Below, one piece after another: positions 1 through 10,405 of a stretch of 64,000 nucleotides of DNA. Within the stretch, counting starts at the first letter, position 1. Every line of letters begins with the position of its first letter. The notes under the pieces are model-generated. The model saw only the letters and a program-made list of their open reading frames with translations. It made no database searches and was not told the origin of the DNA. Both the position numbers and the translations under genes were made by a program. The DNA lies in contig OY781964.1 in NCBI GenBank assembly GCA_963677485.1, positions 768,001-832,000 of the forward strand. Direction: 5' to 3'. This stretch comes from Armatimonadota bacterium. Lineage in GTDB: Bacteria; Armatimonadota; HRBIN16.

Positions 1-305
1 GGCAAATGTTGATACACCTTGGTTACGAGGTAGTCACCGCCGCGAACGGCAGCGAAGCACTGGTGGCCTTTGCTGAGCTAGAGGGGCGCGTTGACTGCAT
101 TCTGCTTGACTTAACGATGCCCATCATGGATGGTGGACAGACCTTGCGTGCGCTGCGTCTGGTCAACGAAACTGTGCCGGTTGTGTTCGTGAGTGGATAT
201 GACTACAGCTCCGTGTTTGATAAGATCAATGGGCTGAACTACCAGGGGTTCCTCCAAAAGCCCTACCGCATCAGTCAGATACGCCAGCTCCTGAAGAGCC
301 TGTAA
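1..305 (+). CDS. Response-regulator receiver domain, probably the C-terminus of a hybrid sensor kinase (5' partial)
   Basis: Receiver motifs 'ILLDLTMPIMDG', 'VFVSGY', 'FLQKPY'; the frame is open to the window edge. Confidence 0.8.
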   Translation, partial: QMLIHLGYEVVTAANGSEALVAFAELEGRVDCILLDLTMPIMDGGQTLRALRLVNETVPVVFVSGYDYSSVFDKINGLNYQGFLQKPYRISQIRQLLKSL

Positions 306-343
306 ACAGGCCTATACGGCCCTTGGGGCCTTCCGGTTCATCT

Positions 344-562
344 GCAGGAATGAACCCCTGTGGTCATCCGCAACGTTGTTTATGAGAGAAATTCGTAGGG
401 ATGACCGTTGTGGTCATCCGCAACTTTATTTTTGTGAGAATTTCGCAGGGATGACCCTTGTGGTCATCCGAACGCTTAAGTGGGAACCAGCCGGTTACCC
501 CGCCCCACGAACCGGATATGTAGTCAACCAACACGGCGGACGACCACAAGGGTCGTCCCTAC
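344..562. repeat. GTAG-type REP cluster, family A: three direct copies at ~50-bp spacing plus one inverted copy; 445-562 forms a 118-bp REP doublet
   Basis: G(T/C)AGGGATGACCCTTGTGGTCATCCG-like copies at 344, 395 and 445; inverted CGGACGACCACAAGGGTCGTCCCTAC at 537-562. Confidence 0.85.
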
Positions 563-584
563 GATAGCCCGATTTATAAATTCA

Positions 585-608
585 AGGGGTCGTTTTGCAA
601 CGACCCCT
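585..608. terminator. Hairpin, possible terminator for the receiver gene
   Basis: AGGGGTCGTT-TTGC-AACGACCCCT, perfect 10-bp stem; weak U-tract. Confidence 0.4.
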
Positions 609-835
609 ATTAACGACACAGCGTCCGCATCATTCACTTATGTGACCATTACTGCGGGAGATAATCCTGCCCCGCATCTCTTCCATACCCAACCGATGCA
701 GCTTCTGTGTCGGAAAGCTGTATCACCGTTTCATCGCCTACATTCCATTTGTACCCTGAAATATATGATGAATAGCCTGTCACTTGTACGTGAATTTGCA
801 GATACACAAGAATTGTCGTCTGACGCAACCTGGGT

Positions 836-880
836 AAAAACAGAACCACCCCGAATGATGGTTTCATCGGGGTGGTATTC
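836..880 (-). terminator. Intrinsic terminator downstream of argD
   Basis: Stem ACCACCCCGA...TCGGGGTGGT with an A-tract on + (U-tract on -), ~20 nt past the argD stop. Confidence 0.7.
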
Positions 881-899
881 AGACACTCAGAAAGCTAAG

Positions 900-2105
900 T
901 TAGTCAGACTGGTCCGACAGCTCCTTGATGCCCTCTTTCATGATCGCCAGAGCGGTATCACAATCCTCTTGAGTAATCATGAGCGGCGGTACCAGGCGTA
1001 TCGTCTTCTCGCCAGTGGCGTTGATCAGCAGCCCCTTATCGCGGCATACACCGACCAGCTCTCGGGCGATAGGATCAACCAGATCGAAGCCGATCATCAG
1101 TCCCAAGCCGCGCACACTCGTCACCGAACCGTTCTCGCTGCTCCAGCCTGTCAAAGCGGCTCGCAGATAGTTGCCCATTTCTACCGCGTTTGCAAGCATG
1201 TTCTCCTGCTCGATAGCGTTGATGACAGCCAGAGCTGCGGCACAGATCAAAGGCCCGCCACCGAAGGTTGTTCCATGGTCACCAGGCTCAAAGCTATCGG
1301 CACGTTGGGTCACAAGGCATGCCCCTATGGGTAAACCGCCACCCAATGCTTTAGCCACAGTGATGACGTCAGGACGTATGCCGTATTTTTGATAGGCGAA
1401 CCAGCTTCCGGTTCGTCCCATGCCAGTCTGCACTTCGTCGATAATCAACAATGCCGAATTCTGGTCACACAGTTTGCGGCACTCCGCGACATATTCACGA
1501 TCCAGAGGATGCACACCGCTCTCGCCCTGCAGCAACTCTATGATCACGGCGCAAGTGGTGCCGCCCACCGCCGCACGCAACTCGGCAAAATCGCCAGGGT
1601 GAACCACATGCACACCAGGTACTAGTGGCTCAAACGGATGCTGGTATTTGGGTTGGGCGGTAATGGACAGCGAACCCATGGTACGACCATGGAACCCGTG
1701 GGTCATGCACACAAAATCGGACTTCTTGGCGGCGATATTATGTCCCCACTTCCGCGCGACCTTCATGGCACATTCATTGGCTTCAGCACCGCTGTTGCAT
1801 AGCAGCGCCCTATCCATTCCAGCGATACCCGTGAGTTTATCAAGCAATTGAAACTGCGGCAGGTTGTAGTAGAGATTGCTCACATGCAACAGCTTATCCG
1901 CTTGGGCCTGAATGGCAGCTACCACCATCGGGTGGCAGTGCCCAACCGAATTGACGGCTATACCGGCCAGGAAATCTAAATAACGACGCCCATCGGTATC
2001 CCACACGAAAGCACCGCGACCACGCTCGATCACAATCGGCTGTCGTCGGTAGTTGTTCATGTGTGAGCAAGACTCAATGGTCTGCAACTCGTCTAGATAC
2101 TTCAT
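900..2105 (-). CDS. argD: Acetylornithine aminotransferase (class III PLP)
   Basis: 'YLDFLAGIAVNSVGH', 'NSGAEANE', 'FHGRT', 'DEVQTGMGRTG', 'AKALGGG', 'HGTTFGG'. Confidence 0.93.
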   Translation of the reverse strand: MKYLDELQTIESCSHMNNYRRQPIVIERGRGAFVWDTDGRRYLDFLAGIAVNSVGHCHPMVVAAIQAQADKLLHVSNLYYNLPQFQLLDKLTGIAGMDRALLCNSGAEANECAMKVARKWGHNIAAKKSDFVCMTHGFHGRTMGSLSITAQPKYQHPFEPLVPGVHVVHPGDFAELRAAVGGTTCAVIIELLQGESGVHPLDREYVAECRKLCDQNSALLIIDEVQTGMGRTGSWFAYQKYGIRPDVITVAKALGGGLPIGACLVTQRADSFEPGDHGTTFGGGPLICAAALAVINAIEQENMLANAVEMGNYLRAALTGWSSENGSVTSVRGLGLMIGFDLVDPIARELVGVCRDKGLLINATGEKTIRLVPPLMITQEDCDTALAIMKEGIKELSDQSD

Positions 2106-2333
2106 TTCAGGCCTCTCTATTCAGAAACAAATTTTCCCGAGCAGCCATATGACTTCTCAGGTATTGGTATGGTACCACGGCCTGCGTTTCCAGGCAAGCT
2201 TGCGCACACTTAACTATGTGGTACCGTGGCTTCAGGCGGATCGGTCGGATCCGACCGATCTCTACGATTATGTCGCAGATTATCAACAATACAGTTATAC
2301 AAAGCCCGATTTACGCAAATCATCCCAAAATAC

Positions 2334-2362
2334 GTGACTCTTAAGCCAATACATGGTAAACT
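2334..2362 (+). promoter_or_regulatory. Putative sigma70 promoter for rpsT
   Basis: GTGACT-17 nt-TAAACT with a TG extension; GGAG RBS before the TTG start. Confidence 0.4.
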
Positions 2363-2401
2363 ACAAGTTGTGATTTCGCATTCGGAGAGGAGTACCATCT
2401 T

Positions 2402-2662
2402 TTGGCAAATCTGAAATCGTCTATAAAAGACATCAAACGCAACGAAGCTAATCGCCTGCGGAATAGGTCCGCTAAATCGGCCATGAAGACTTTTGTAAAG
2501 AAGGCCATCGCCGCTGACAGTGAGACGCTTCAACAGGCTGTGAATATGGCCATTAAATCGATCGACAAAGCAGCACAACGAGGCATTATCCACCCTAACC
2601 AGGCAGCTCGACGCAAGTCCCGCTTGGTGAAGAGTATCAACGCTAAACTAGCAGCTAAGTAG
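2402..2662 (+). CDS. rpsT: 30S ribosomal protein S20
   Basis: 'ANLKSSIK...NRLRNRSAKSAMKTFVKK...IDKAAQRGIIHPNQAARRKSRL'. Confidence 0.97.
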   Translation: MANLKSSIKDIKRNEANRLRNRSAKSAMKTFVKKAIAADSETLQQAVNMAIKSIDKAAQRGIIHPNQAARRKSRLVKSINAKLAAK

Positions 2663-2700
2663 ATTTAACTATCCGATCGGTCTAGGTGGGAGGTTTCCTC

Positions 2701-3771
2701 TCAGCTCCTACACAGATCAATAACGAGCTTTTCAAGGGCCTCCTTCGGGAGGCTCTCTCCATTTGTCTCGATCCCCTTCATATTCGCATCAATCATATAC
2801 ATCAGTTCAAAGCATTGCGTGATGGATTTGAATGAGGGCATTCGACGGGCATGGGCTTCCAGCCGCTTGGCAACAAAAGGCTTTGACTTCAACTCATCGT
2901 CTAGATTCAAGTCACTAGGGAAACACTCGCGGGGATCGCCTCCGGACATCTTGACCTTCATCTGCCAAATCAAACGGTAGTGCCTGATCAACTGCGCCAA
3001 AACCTGCACAATTACTTCATCACCGCGCAGACCGCTATCAAACATACCCCGGATGTAATGAACGGCCTCCCTGGCCCTTCCAGAGGCCACAGCGTTGACT
3101 ACCTCAAAAACCTGAGCCTCCGCAGTACGGCTCATCGCATCCCTGACATCCTGTTCCGTCAGCTCCTTACGCTCACCCACGTAATCTATCAGCTTGCTCA
3201 GCTCCATGCTGGCCAGGTTAGGGTCTGCTTTCGTAAACTCCGTAAACAGCTCCAAAGCGGCCAACTGGAATGTTTTTCCCTGTGCGGATGATTGGGCTCT
3301 GAGCCAGTTTTTCATCTCTGCACCTTTGAGCAGAGTGAACTCCACAGCCAGCCCAATGGGCTTCACGGCATCCAGCAGTTTTTTAGGCGAACCTGCGCTG
3401 ACTTCACCCGTATTCCGAGTCACCATGATGAAGCATGTAGATACTGGTATTGCTGGTAAAGCTTTGATGAGGTCGTCTACCTCAGCCGCTTTCAAAACCT
3501 GGATACCATGCAGAATGATGCACCGCCGATCACTCAGGAACGGCAGCGACATACACTGCGAGAGCACACTGGAAAGACTGGCGTCACCGATCTCGTAGTT
3601 CCCTGTCTCCATGGGATCTACGTTCAGCTTCTGGCATATTGCGGACAGAACCTGCCTTTTGCGTGAGTCGTCAGACCCATGCAGCAACACCACCGAAGGG
3701 ATATCACCCCCAGCCAACAGGCCAGGGATAGCCGCCGGATCCACGATGCCCGTGATTAGCGCAGCAGACAC
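2701..3771 (-). CDS. holA: DNA polymerase III delta subunit
   Basis: 'SLPFLSDRR', 'ELSKLIDY', 'VFEVVNAV'; convergent with rpsT, the usual holA-rpsT synteny. Confidence 0.88.
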   Translation of the reverse strand: MSAALITGIVDPAAIPGLLAGGDIPSVVLLHGSDDSRKRQVLSAICQKLNVDPMETGNYEIGDASLSSVLSQCMSLPFLSDRRCIILHGIQVLKAAEVDDLIKALPAIPVSTCFIMVTRNTGEVSAGSPKKLLDAVKPIGLAVEFTLLKGAEMKNWLRAQSSAQGKTFQLAALELFTEFTKADPNLASMELSKLIDYVGERKELTEQDVRDAMSRTAEAQVFEVVNAVASGRAREAVHYIRGMFDSGLRGDEVIVQVLAQLIRHYRLIWQMKVKMSGGDPRECFPSDLNLDDELKSKPFVAKRLEAHARRMPSFKSITQCFELMYMIDANMKGIETNGESLPKEALEKLVIDLCRS

Positions 3772-4221
3772 TTATCCCTCGTCCTCTAAATGATCTCTCA
3801 GTTGGGCGATGTATTCCATGCGCTTCATAGCTCTGACCGATACACGGCGTTCATCCAGTGCCTGCTCAAGTTTGAGAACCACCAGCTCGTAGGTGTCTAT
3901 GCCCGGAATATTCTTCTCTACATAGTCAAAAGCACCCAACCTCATGCAGTCAACCGCATTACTGACATTGCCGTATGCCGTCAACACGATCACCTGCGTA
4001 AATAGGTCTTTGGCGACCGCCTTGGCCAGGATACGTTTACCGCTGAGCGGATCTTCCATCGACATATCCGTAATGACCACATCGTAGTTGTTGCTTTCAA
4101 TCGCTTCCTGTCCGCTCAGTTCGCCGTCAGCGACCTCTACCTCGTAGCCGTCGCGTTTTAGGCGGCGCTGTATCGCACGACGTACATCCTCTTCATCATC
4201 GATTACCAATACTCTAGCCAT
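3772..4221 (-). CDS. Single-domain response regulator (receiver plus short helical tail)
   Basis: 'VLVIDDE', 'VVITDMSM', 'VLTAYG', 'AFDYVEK'. Confidence 0.9.
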   Translation of the reverse strand: MARVLVIDDEEDVRRAIQRRLKRDGYEVEVADGELSGQEAIESNNYDVVITDMSMEDPLSGKRILAKAVAKDLFTQVIVLTAYGNVSNAVDCMRLGAFDYVEKNIPGIDTYELVVLKLEQALDERRVSVRAMKRMEYIAQLRDHLEDEG

Positions 4222-4257
4222 CAGTTTGTTCTCCTTATGTGTTTTGCGTATGACACC

Positions 4258-6048
4258 CTATTGTGAATCCTCAGGTGGCAACAGCGGCAGGTAAATCTCA
4301 AATCTGGCTCCCTCTCCGGGAACGCCATTCTCAAATATAATACCGCGATGTGCATCTATAATGCCCTTCACGATACTGAGGCCCAATCCCATACCCTTAT
4401 TGCGGCTGGTGAAGAAGGGTTGGAATATCTTCTCCTTCAACTCCTCGGGAACACCCGGCCCCCCGTCTTCCACTCGAATATGAACCCGTTTACGAATGCG
4501 GTTCAAAGCTATTACAGTTGGCACATCATGCCCATCGCACAGCTCACACATGACACTCAGCCGTCCGCCGTTGGGCTGGAAGCTGATGCTGTTTTCAATG
4601 AGCTCCCCCAACGCGCGCTTCATGCGCGCCGCATCGATGTTCATTGGCGGGATATCATCACTCAACGTGAGTACCAGTTCGATGTCGGTGCGCTTCGGAA
4701 AAGTCTCTTCTACACTTTGCCGTATCACATCGGCGATACTAACCGCTCGTCGGGCCAACTGAGTGGCCACAACAAAGTCACGAAATTCCTGCAGTATCTC
4801 TTCTAAACGTGAGACACCGCTACGCATATGCGAAACAAGATCATTCACTTCTTGCTTACTGACATCGGGTAGACTGAGCTGATATTCCAGCTCATTCAGG
4901 TCGCCCTTGATCGCAAATGTGCGGTTCCCAATCATATGCGCAGACCGAGCAGAGACTTCACCCCATGCGGCCATGCGTTCTGAGTATACCAGCTTTTGCT
5001 CGATCTGGAGCTTTTCAAGCGCGACGCCGAACTGGCTGGCGACCGAGCTCAGCAAAGCCTCATCTGTATCTGTGAAGCGGTTGTCAAACCATCGGCTGCG
5101 GCTTTTCTTGCGTACCGCCCGGATGACACCTACCACGCGGTTCACGCCAGGTACCGGCACCGCCATAAAACTGCCCAATTGCTCCACCGGCATTTCGCCA
5201 AAAAGGCCCTTGTATCGCGGGTCTTTGTTCGGTCGGGCCGTTACTATGGGCTGCCCGTTCTGTGCCACCCAACCCGTCAGCCCCTCTCCCAACTGGTAGA
5301 ACGCATCGCCTCGACGATGCTTCAAAGCGCTGGTGGCTGCCACCAAACGCAAGGCCTTCTCGCCATCATCAATGATGAATACACTGCACTCTTCAAAGCG
5401 CAGCAGGCTGGAGGTCACCTCCAATACGACATTTAGCAGCTCTTCCAACTCTTCGCAGGCACTTAACTCGTTGCCTATGCGCACAAGCGCTTGTTGCCGT
5501 GACCGTGCGGTGTGTATTTGGTAGGCCGCTTCACACATATCGGCAATAGCCGTGATGACATGCACATCGCGGGTAGTGAATGGATGCGAATGATCTGTCT
5601 CCACATTCATCACACCCCTGGTCCGACCGTAAGCATCCAGCATCGGCACCGCAATTTCGCCCACCACATCATCAAACGAGCCGAGATAATGCGGGTCTGC
5701 AGTCACATCGTCTGCGTAATATGGCTTCTGAGTGGCGGCCACATAGCCGGTAATACCTCGCCCACTCTCCTGAGCCACATCAAGGCGTTTGTGAATACGC
5801 TGGGTTGTCCAGCCATGACCGACCACATGGTGAATCACCAGCTTACCAGCATCTTCATCTACCAGCGCTAGAAAGGCGCGGTGACCACTGACCACTTTGG
5901 TGGCTTCATTGAGGGCTGTTGACATAAAGGCATTCACATCCCTCAGGGTAGTGATGCCCCTCGCCATCATTTGAAGAGTAGAGACTATCTGTGCTGTGTC
6001 GGAATCATCTATCGGTATATTCTGATCAGCCTGGCCGTTTTTGGACAT
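4258..6048 (-). CDS. Cytoplasmic GAF-GAF sensor histidine kinase
   Basis: Two GAF domains ('GITGYVA..PYYADDV..DPHY', 'GLTGWVA'), H-box 'SAHMIGN', N/G boxes 'ELIENS', 'EDGGPG', 'GMGLGL'; start taken at MSKNG after AGGAG. Confidence 0.88.
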   Translation of the reverse strand: MSKNGQADQNIPIDDSDTAQIVSTLQMMARGITTLRDVNAFMSTALNEATKVVSGHRAFLALVDEDAGKLVIHHVVGHGWTTQRIHKRLDVAQESGRGITGYVAATQKPYYADDVTADPHYLGSFDDVVGEIAVPMLDAYGRTRGVMNVETDHSHPFTTRDVHVITAIADMCEAAYQIHTARSRQQALVRIGNELSACEELEELLNVVLEVTSSLLRFEECSVFIIDDGEKALRLVAATSALKHRRGDAFYQLGEGLTGWVAQNGQPIVTARPNKDPRYKGLFGEMPVEQLGSFMAVPVPGVNRVVGVIRAVRKKSRSRWFDNRFTDTDEALLSSVASQFGVALEKLQIEQKLVYSERMAAWGEVSARSAHMIGNRTFAIKGDLNELEYQLSLPDVSKQEVNDLVSHMRSGVSRLEEILQEFRDFVVATQLARRAVSIADVIRQSVEETFPKRTDIELVLTLSDDIPPMNIDAARMKRALGELIENSISFQPNGGRLSVMCELCDGHDVPTVIALNRIRKRVHIRVEDGGPGVPEELKEKIFQPFFTSRNKGMGLGLSIVKGIIDAHRGIIFENGVPGEGARFEIYLPLLPPEDSQ

Positions 6049-6064
6049 GTTGATGATTAGACTC

Positions 6065-7945
6065 CTAGTCAGTTTTGATCGCGGCCTTGCCGTTATCTGC
6101 ATTCAAGTTGAACATGGTGCTGATGATTTTCCGCGCCACAGGACCTGCTGACGAGCCGCCGTGGCCTCCCTGCTCCACAAACACGCAGATGGCTATCTGC
6201 GGGTCATTTGCGGGAGCGTAGGCCACGATCCAGGCATGCGGTTTGATACGCGGCGGGTCCTCTGCGCTGCCTGTCTTGCCCGCAACCTGCATGTTATTAA
6301 ACTCTAAAATCTTCGCGGTACCATGCTGCCCACTCACCGCAGAAACCATGCCATGCTGTATCATCTGCCAATATTCGTCTGGCAGCTCCACCTTGCGCTG
6401 CACATGGGGTTTGGTTTCATAGACCGTCCGTTTTAGGCCATCACGCACACATTTAATGACATACGGACGCATCAGAACACCCTTATTAGCCACCACACAA
6501 GCGATTTGGGCCACCTGCAAAGGGGTGGTGCTGATATACCCCTGCCCAATGGAGCTGTTACAGGTATCGCCTGGATACCACTTTTCATGGAAGGTCTGAA
6601 GTTTCCAGTCTGGCGTTGGGATGCTGCCTTTTTTGGCACCGGGCAAGTCAATACCAGTCGGTTCACCCAGGCCAAACCCATGCGCCATACTGGCGATTTT
6701 CTCCATCCCAGTGCGCAACCCCGCCTTGTAGAAGAAAACATCACACGAACCGGCGATGGCACTATCAAGGTTCACAGCATGATGGACCGACCAGCAGCCA
6801 AAACGCCATTTACCCAGCATCAAGTATCCTGGGCAGAATGCTGAGGTACCGCCATTAATGGCCCCTGCCTTTAGAGCCGCGGCCGCTGTGACCATCTTGA
6901 AAGTAGAGCCCAGGGGATAGCGTCCCGCCAGAGCCCGGTTTTGAAGCGGGTATCGCCGATCGTTGGCGATCTGTTTCCAGGCTGCGCTCTTCATTTTACT
7001 GGCAAAGATATTGGGATCAAACCTTGGAAAACTGTTCATCGCCAGTATTTCACCCGTCTTAGGGTTGATGGCCACAACCGCACCAGCCCGATCCCCAAAT
7101 GCCGTTTCTGCCGCCCGCTGCAGCTTCTTATCTATGGTCAGCTGCACTGTACTGCCAGGAATAGGCGGCTGGTAGGCCAGTTCGCCGCGCTGCCGACCAG
7201 TGGCATCGACCTTAAGTTTTCGGCCTCCGGCGGTTCCTTGTAGATAGTTCTGTAGCCGCAACTCTATCCCGGATTTTCCGATATAGTCTTCACGGCCAAC
7301 TCCGGTCGATTCGAGATCCGCATACTCATCGGCATTCACTTTTCCGAGCGCGCCCAACACATGTGAAGCCAGCAATCCTTCCGGGTAATACCGCACGGGC
7401 TGAGTCTGCACCATCAACCCCTTCATAAACGGGCCGTTTTCCTCAATAGAGGCCACGATCTGCCTGGACGCGTCGGTCATCAGCACGACGGCGTCAAACC
7501 GCCTTCGCCAGGTTTCGACGTCACCAAGAGCCTCCGCCACTTCGGCGGTCGATAGCCCAAGAAGCTTGGCAATCCGACCGATAGTCACATCCGCCAGTTG
7601 CTTTCGAACCTGCTCTTCCGTGCGGTCAGTGGCGTTGGCTTGATCCTCAATCTCGTCAGGGCTGATCTCCAGATCCGCAGGAATCACACTAACCACAAAC
7701 TGAGGCCGACTCATCGCCAGGGTGAGGTTGTTGCGATCGACAATCAACCCTCTCGGCGCGGTTTGCCTCACAACACGGGTGTAGTTCTGCTCCGCTTCAT
7801 CCATCAGTTCTGGCCCATGAAGAACCTGCAGATACCACAACCGCGATGCGACCAGCAGGAAACCCAGTCCGGTAATCACTGCTAACAGCGTGACCGGACT
7901 GCCCTGATGCTCAGACGGATCATGGAAGTCAAAGTGATGCGTCAT
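6065..7945 (-). CDS. mrdA: Penicillin-binding protein 2 (class B)
   Basis: N-terminal TM plus 'RLWYLQV', 'APRGLIVDR', SxxK 'STFK', 'SCDVFFY', 'KTGSAE'. Confidence 0.9.
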   Translation of the reverse strand: MTHHFDFHDPSEHQGSPVTLLAVITGLGFLLVASRLWYLQVLHGPELMDEAEQNYTRVVRQTAPRGLIVDRNNLTLAMSRPQFVVSVIPADLEISPDEIEDQANATDRTEEQVRKQLADVTIGRIAKLLGLSTAEVAEALGDVETWRRRFDAVVLMTDASRQIVASIEENGPFMKGLMVQTQPVRYYPEGLLASHVLGALGKVNADEYADLESTGVGREDYIGKSGIELRLQNYLQGTAGGRKLKVDATGRQRGELAYQPPIPGSTVQLTIDKKLQRAAETAFGDRAGAVVAINPKTGEILAMNSFPRFDPNIFASKMKSAAWKQIANDRRYPLQNRALAGRYPLGSTFKMVTAAAALKAGAINGGTSAFCPGYLMLGKWRFGCWSVHHAVNLDSAIAGSCDVFFYKAGLRTGMEKIASMAHGFGLGEPTGIDLPGAKKGSIPTPDWKLQTFHEKWYPGDTCNSSIGQGYISTTPLQVAQIACVVANKGVLMRPYVIKCVRDGLKRTVYETKPHVQRKVELPDEYWQMIQHGMVSAVSGQHGTAKILEFNNMQVAGKTGSAEDPPRIKPHAWIVAYAPANDPQIAICVFVEQGGHGGSSAGPVARKIISTMFNLNADNGKAAIKTD

Positions 7946-10368
7946 TAAAACGAATCAACTCCTGGCTGCACGGCATCCGTCGGTGGCGTGGTTGTATTGC
8001 CTGTATCTGGAGGGGTACCCTCAACTGGGGTGCCTTCCTGCTCTGGCGGCGGCTCGCCATTCGTGTCCGTTGCATCAGGTGATACTGGTTCGGTCACTTC
8101 ATGTTGAGGTCTATGCCTGCGTTTCGGTTTATGTATATCGCAATATTCCTCTTTGGCGTTCACGTCCACCGTCACCTCAATGGGGTTAGGGCAGGCTGAC
8201 GTCGCCAGCTTGCCTGATTCCTGGCATATCTTCACTCGTTTAGTTTGAACAGCGTTGCCTGAGGAATCTTTTCGCGTGGTTGTGCTTACACTTGGGCTCA
8301 CATGCGCTGCGACTCGCATGAAGCGATCCCACACCGGTGCACACAGTGTTCCACCATAGCCCGGAAGTGTGGTGTATCGAGTTTGTCCTTTGCTGTTTGT
8401 GACCGGTTTGGCCACCCACACTATGGTGACCAGTTTGTGTCCTTCGTCCTTTGGGTCCACCCAATAACCGGCGAACCAGGCATCCCGTCCCTCATTTGTG
8501 GTGCCGGTTTTACCGCGTGCATCACCAATCCAGTTGCGAAGGGCTCTGTGCGCTGTGCCGCCAGGCCTGTCCACAGGGCCCCTTAGCAGTTGGTCGACGA
8601 CATCGGCGGTGGAGGCACTGATCGCACGCTTCGTGTCGATCTGCGTGAAGTCTTCCATAACCTGGCCTGTGCTGTCTTCGATGCTAAGGATTCCCCGAGG
8701 CGTGGGGCAGTACCCCTTGTTGGCAATGGTGCTGTAGGCCCTGGCTAGTTCTATCGGCTTGATCGCCGATGCACCTAGTGCCAATGCCAGAGTGGGATCC
8801 AGCTTGCTGTCATATCGGCCGCCGTCACCAATTCCCATCTTTGCGGCAGTATCTACCACCGCTTTCGGACCGACCTTACGCAGCGCATTGATGGCCGGTA
8901 TGTTGATGGAAAAGGAGATGGCATCGGATATGCTGACAGAAGAACTGTACCTACGGTTCATATTCTGAGGGCTCCACTTGCCTAGGTGCAGCGGCATATT
9001 GGGCAGTCGCGAGTGAGCATCCAGTTCACCGGCCTCTATCGCCGTCGCATAGACAACAGGCTTGAACGCAGAACCAGGCTGCCTGCGGCCTTGAGTGACA
9101 TTGTTATACTGATTTTCGTCCCAGTCTCGACCGCCAACCATGGCTAATACATCGCCATTGCTGGGATTCAGGCACACCAGGCCGGCAGCTCGAAGTTCAC
9201 GGGGCATAGCGGCTACCGCCGCCTCCGCAGCACGCTGCATCTGGTAGTTCAACGAGGTGCGAACAGTCACACCGCCCTGCCACATCGCGAGGCCATTCTG
9301 CTCTCGTAACTCATCGATCCGTGACTTAATCCAACTGACATAGTATGGACACAGCCAATCGCCCTGATTATCCGTATCTTCGTCGGCCGCACGAGCGAAC
9401 CGCAGCGAGCTGGTCACCGCATCACGATATGAGGCTTGATCGATGCGCCCCTGTTCCAGCATGAATTTCAAAACCAGGTCACGACGTTCCAGAGCTGCCT
9501 GACGGTAATCCGGGTTACTGAAATGACTTGGACGCTGGATCACCCCAGCAAGGAAGGCGCATTGGCTAAGACTGAGCTGGTTAAGTTCTTTACCGAAAAA
9601 TACACGAGCAGCTCGCTTCACGCCGTAAGCGCCACGGCCAAAATAGACCACGTTCAGGTACATCTCAATGATCTGCTCTTTGGTGAGGGTTTGTTCAATC
9701 TTGATGCTAAGGATTACTTCTTTGAGCTTACGGTTGACATTTTTATTTGATGATAAGAAGGCGTTGCGGGCTAACTGCATCGTGATGGTGCTGGCGCCTT
9801 GCGCATACCGGCCGCGTTTGAGGTTCACCACAACCGCACGCAACAGCCCTTTGGCATAGACACCTTTGTGGCTTTCAAACTCTTTGTCTTCAACGGCTAT
9901 GACCGCATCACGAAGCTGTTGAGGAATTTCATCGTAGGTGGCTGGTTCACGCTGCTCCTGAGCAAAAACCGCCAATACCTCACCATCGGCAGATAGTATC
10001 TTTAATCCCTCTGCAGGTTTGTAGTTTGCGATGTTTTCTGAAGTAGGTGTCAGTTTCCACACCTGCTGCACCGTATAGCCTACATACAGCAGTCCCAATA
10101 ACAGGCCCACAAGCACAACTAAAGTGCCGACGGCGAAAACTTTGCCGCATCCGCAGCCCTTGTTTTGACGTTTCCGCTGAAAATGATCCCTTGAGGCGTG
10201 TGTCAGTGTAACCGACCCCCTTCCCAGCAATCCAACTATAGGTACCCATTTAGTGATACCGCGCAATGAGAACGTGATGCAAGTAGACACCGCGTGCAAG
10301 CATGAAATTGAGGCCGACACGGGCGGTGAGAAATGCAGGTCGAACACATGCGGGCCTGGCAACGTCAA
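7945..10368 (-). CDS. Class A penicillin-binding protein (PBP1A family); true start probably ~10206-10230
   Basis: Transglycosylase 'EDKEF..H.G', 'GASTITMQLA', 'RKLKE', 'YLNVVYFG'; transpeptidase 'QPGSAFKP', 'SIN', 'KTGT'; stop overlaps the mrdA ATG. Confidence 0.9.
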   Translation of the reverse strand: MTLPGPHVFDLHFSPPVSASISCLHAVSTCITFSLRGITKWVPIVGLLGRGSVTLTHASRDHFQRKRQNKGCGCGKVFAVGTLVVLVGLLLGLLYVGYTVQQVWKLTPTSENIANYKPAEGLKILSADGEVLAVFAQEQREPATYDEIPQQLRDAVIAVEDKEFESHKGVYAKGLLRAVVVNLKRGRYAQGASTITMQLARNAFLSSNKNVNRKLKEVILSIKIEQTLTKEQIIEMYLNVVYFGRGAYGVKRAARVFFGKELNQLSLSQCAFLAGVIQRPSHFSNPDYRQAALERRDLVLKFMLEQGRIDQASYRDAVTSSLRFARAADEDTDNQGDWLCPYYVSWIKSRIDELREQNGLAMWQGGVTVRTSLNYQMQRAAEAAVAAMPRELRAAGLVCLNPSNGDVLAMVGGRDWDENQYNNVTQGRRQPGSAFKPVVYATAIEAGELDAHSRLPNMPLHLGKWSPQNMNRRYSSSVSISDAISFSINIPAINALRKVGPKAVVDTAAKMGIGDGGRYDSKLDPTLALALGASAIKPIELARAYSTIANKGYCPTPRGILSIEDSTGQVMEDFTQIDTKRAISASTADVVDQLLRGPVDRPGGTAHRALRNWIGDARGKTGTTNEGRDAWFAGYWVDPKDEGHKLVTIVWVAKPVTNSKGQTRYTTLPGYGGTLCAPVWDRFMRVAAHVSPSVSTTTRKDSSGNAVQTKRVKICQESGKLATSACPNPIEVTVDVNAKEEYCDIHKPKRRHRPQHEVTEPVSPDATDTNGEPPPEQEGTPVEGTPPDTGNTTTPPTDAVQPGVDSF

Positions 10369-10405
10369 CCTGCCGATTGGCCACCGCCCACATCGTCACG
10401 CCGTC

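Noticed and set aside
344-470. CRISPR-like array (three ~26-30 bp palindromic repeats at ~50-bp period)
   Set aside because: The spacers are short and similar to each other, an inverted copy follows, the same unit is dispersed elsewhere, and no cas genes are present: these are REPs.
480-1334. 284-aa ORF on +
   Set aside because: It starts within REP sequence, runs antisense to argD, and has no motifs.
2165-2235. T-box riboswitch upstream of argD (TGGTACC motifs)
   Set aside because: The best matches are on the wrong strand for argD, and no terminator/antiterminator or specifier stem is recognisable.
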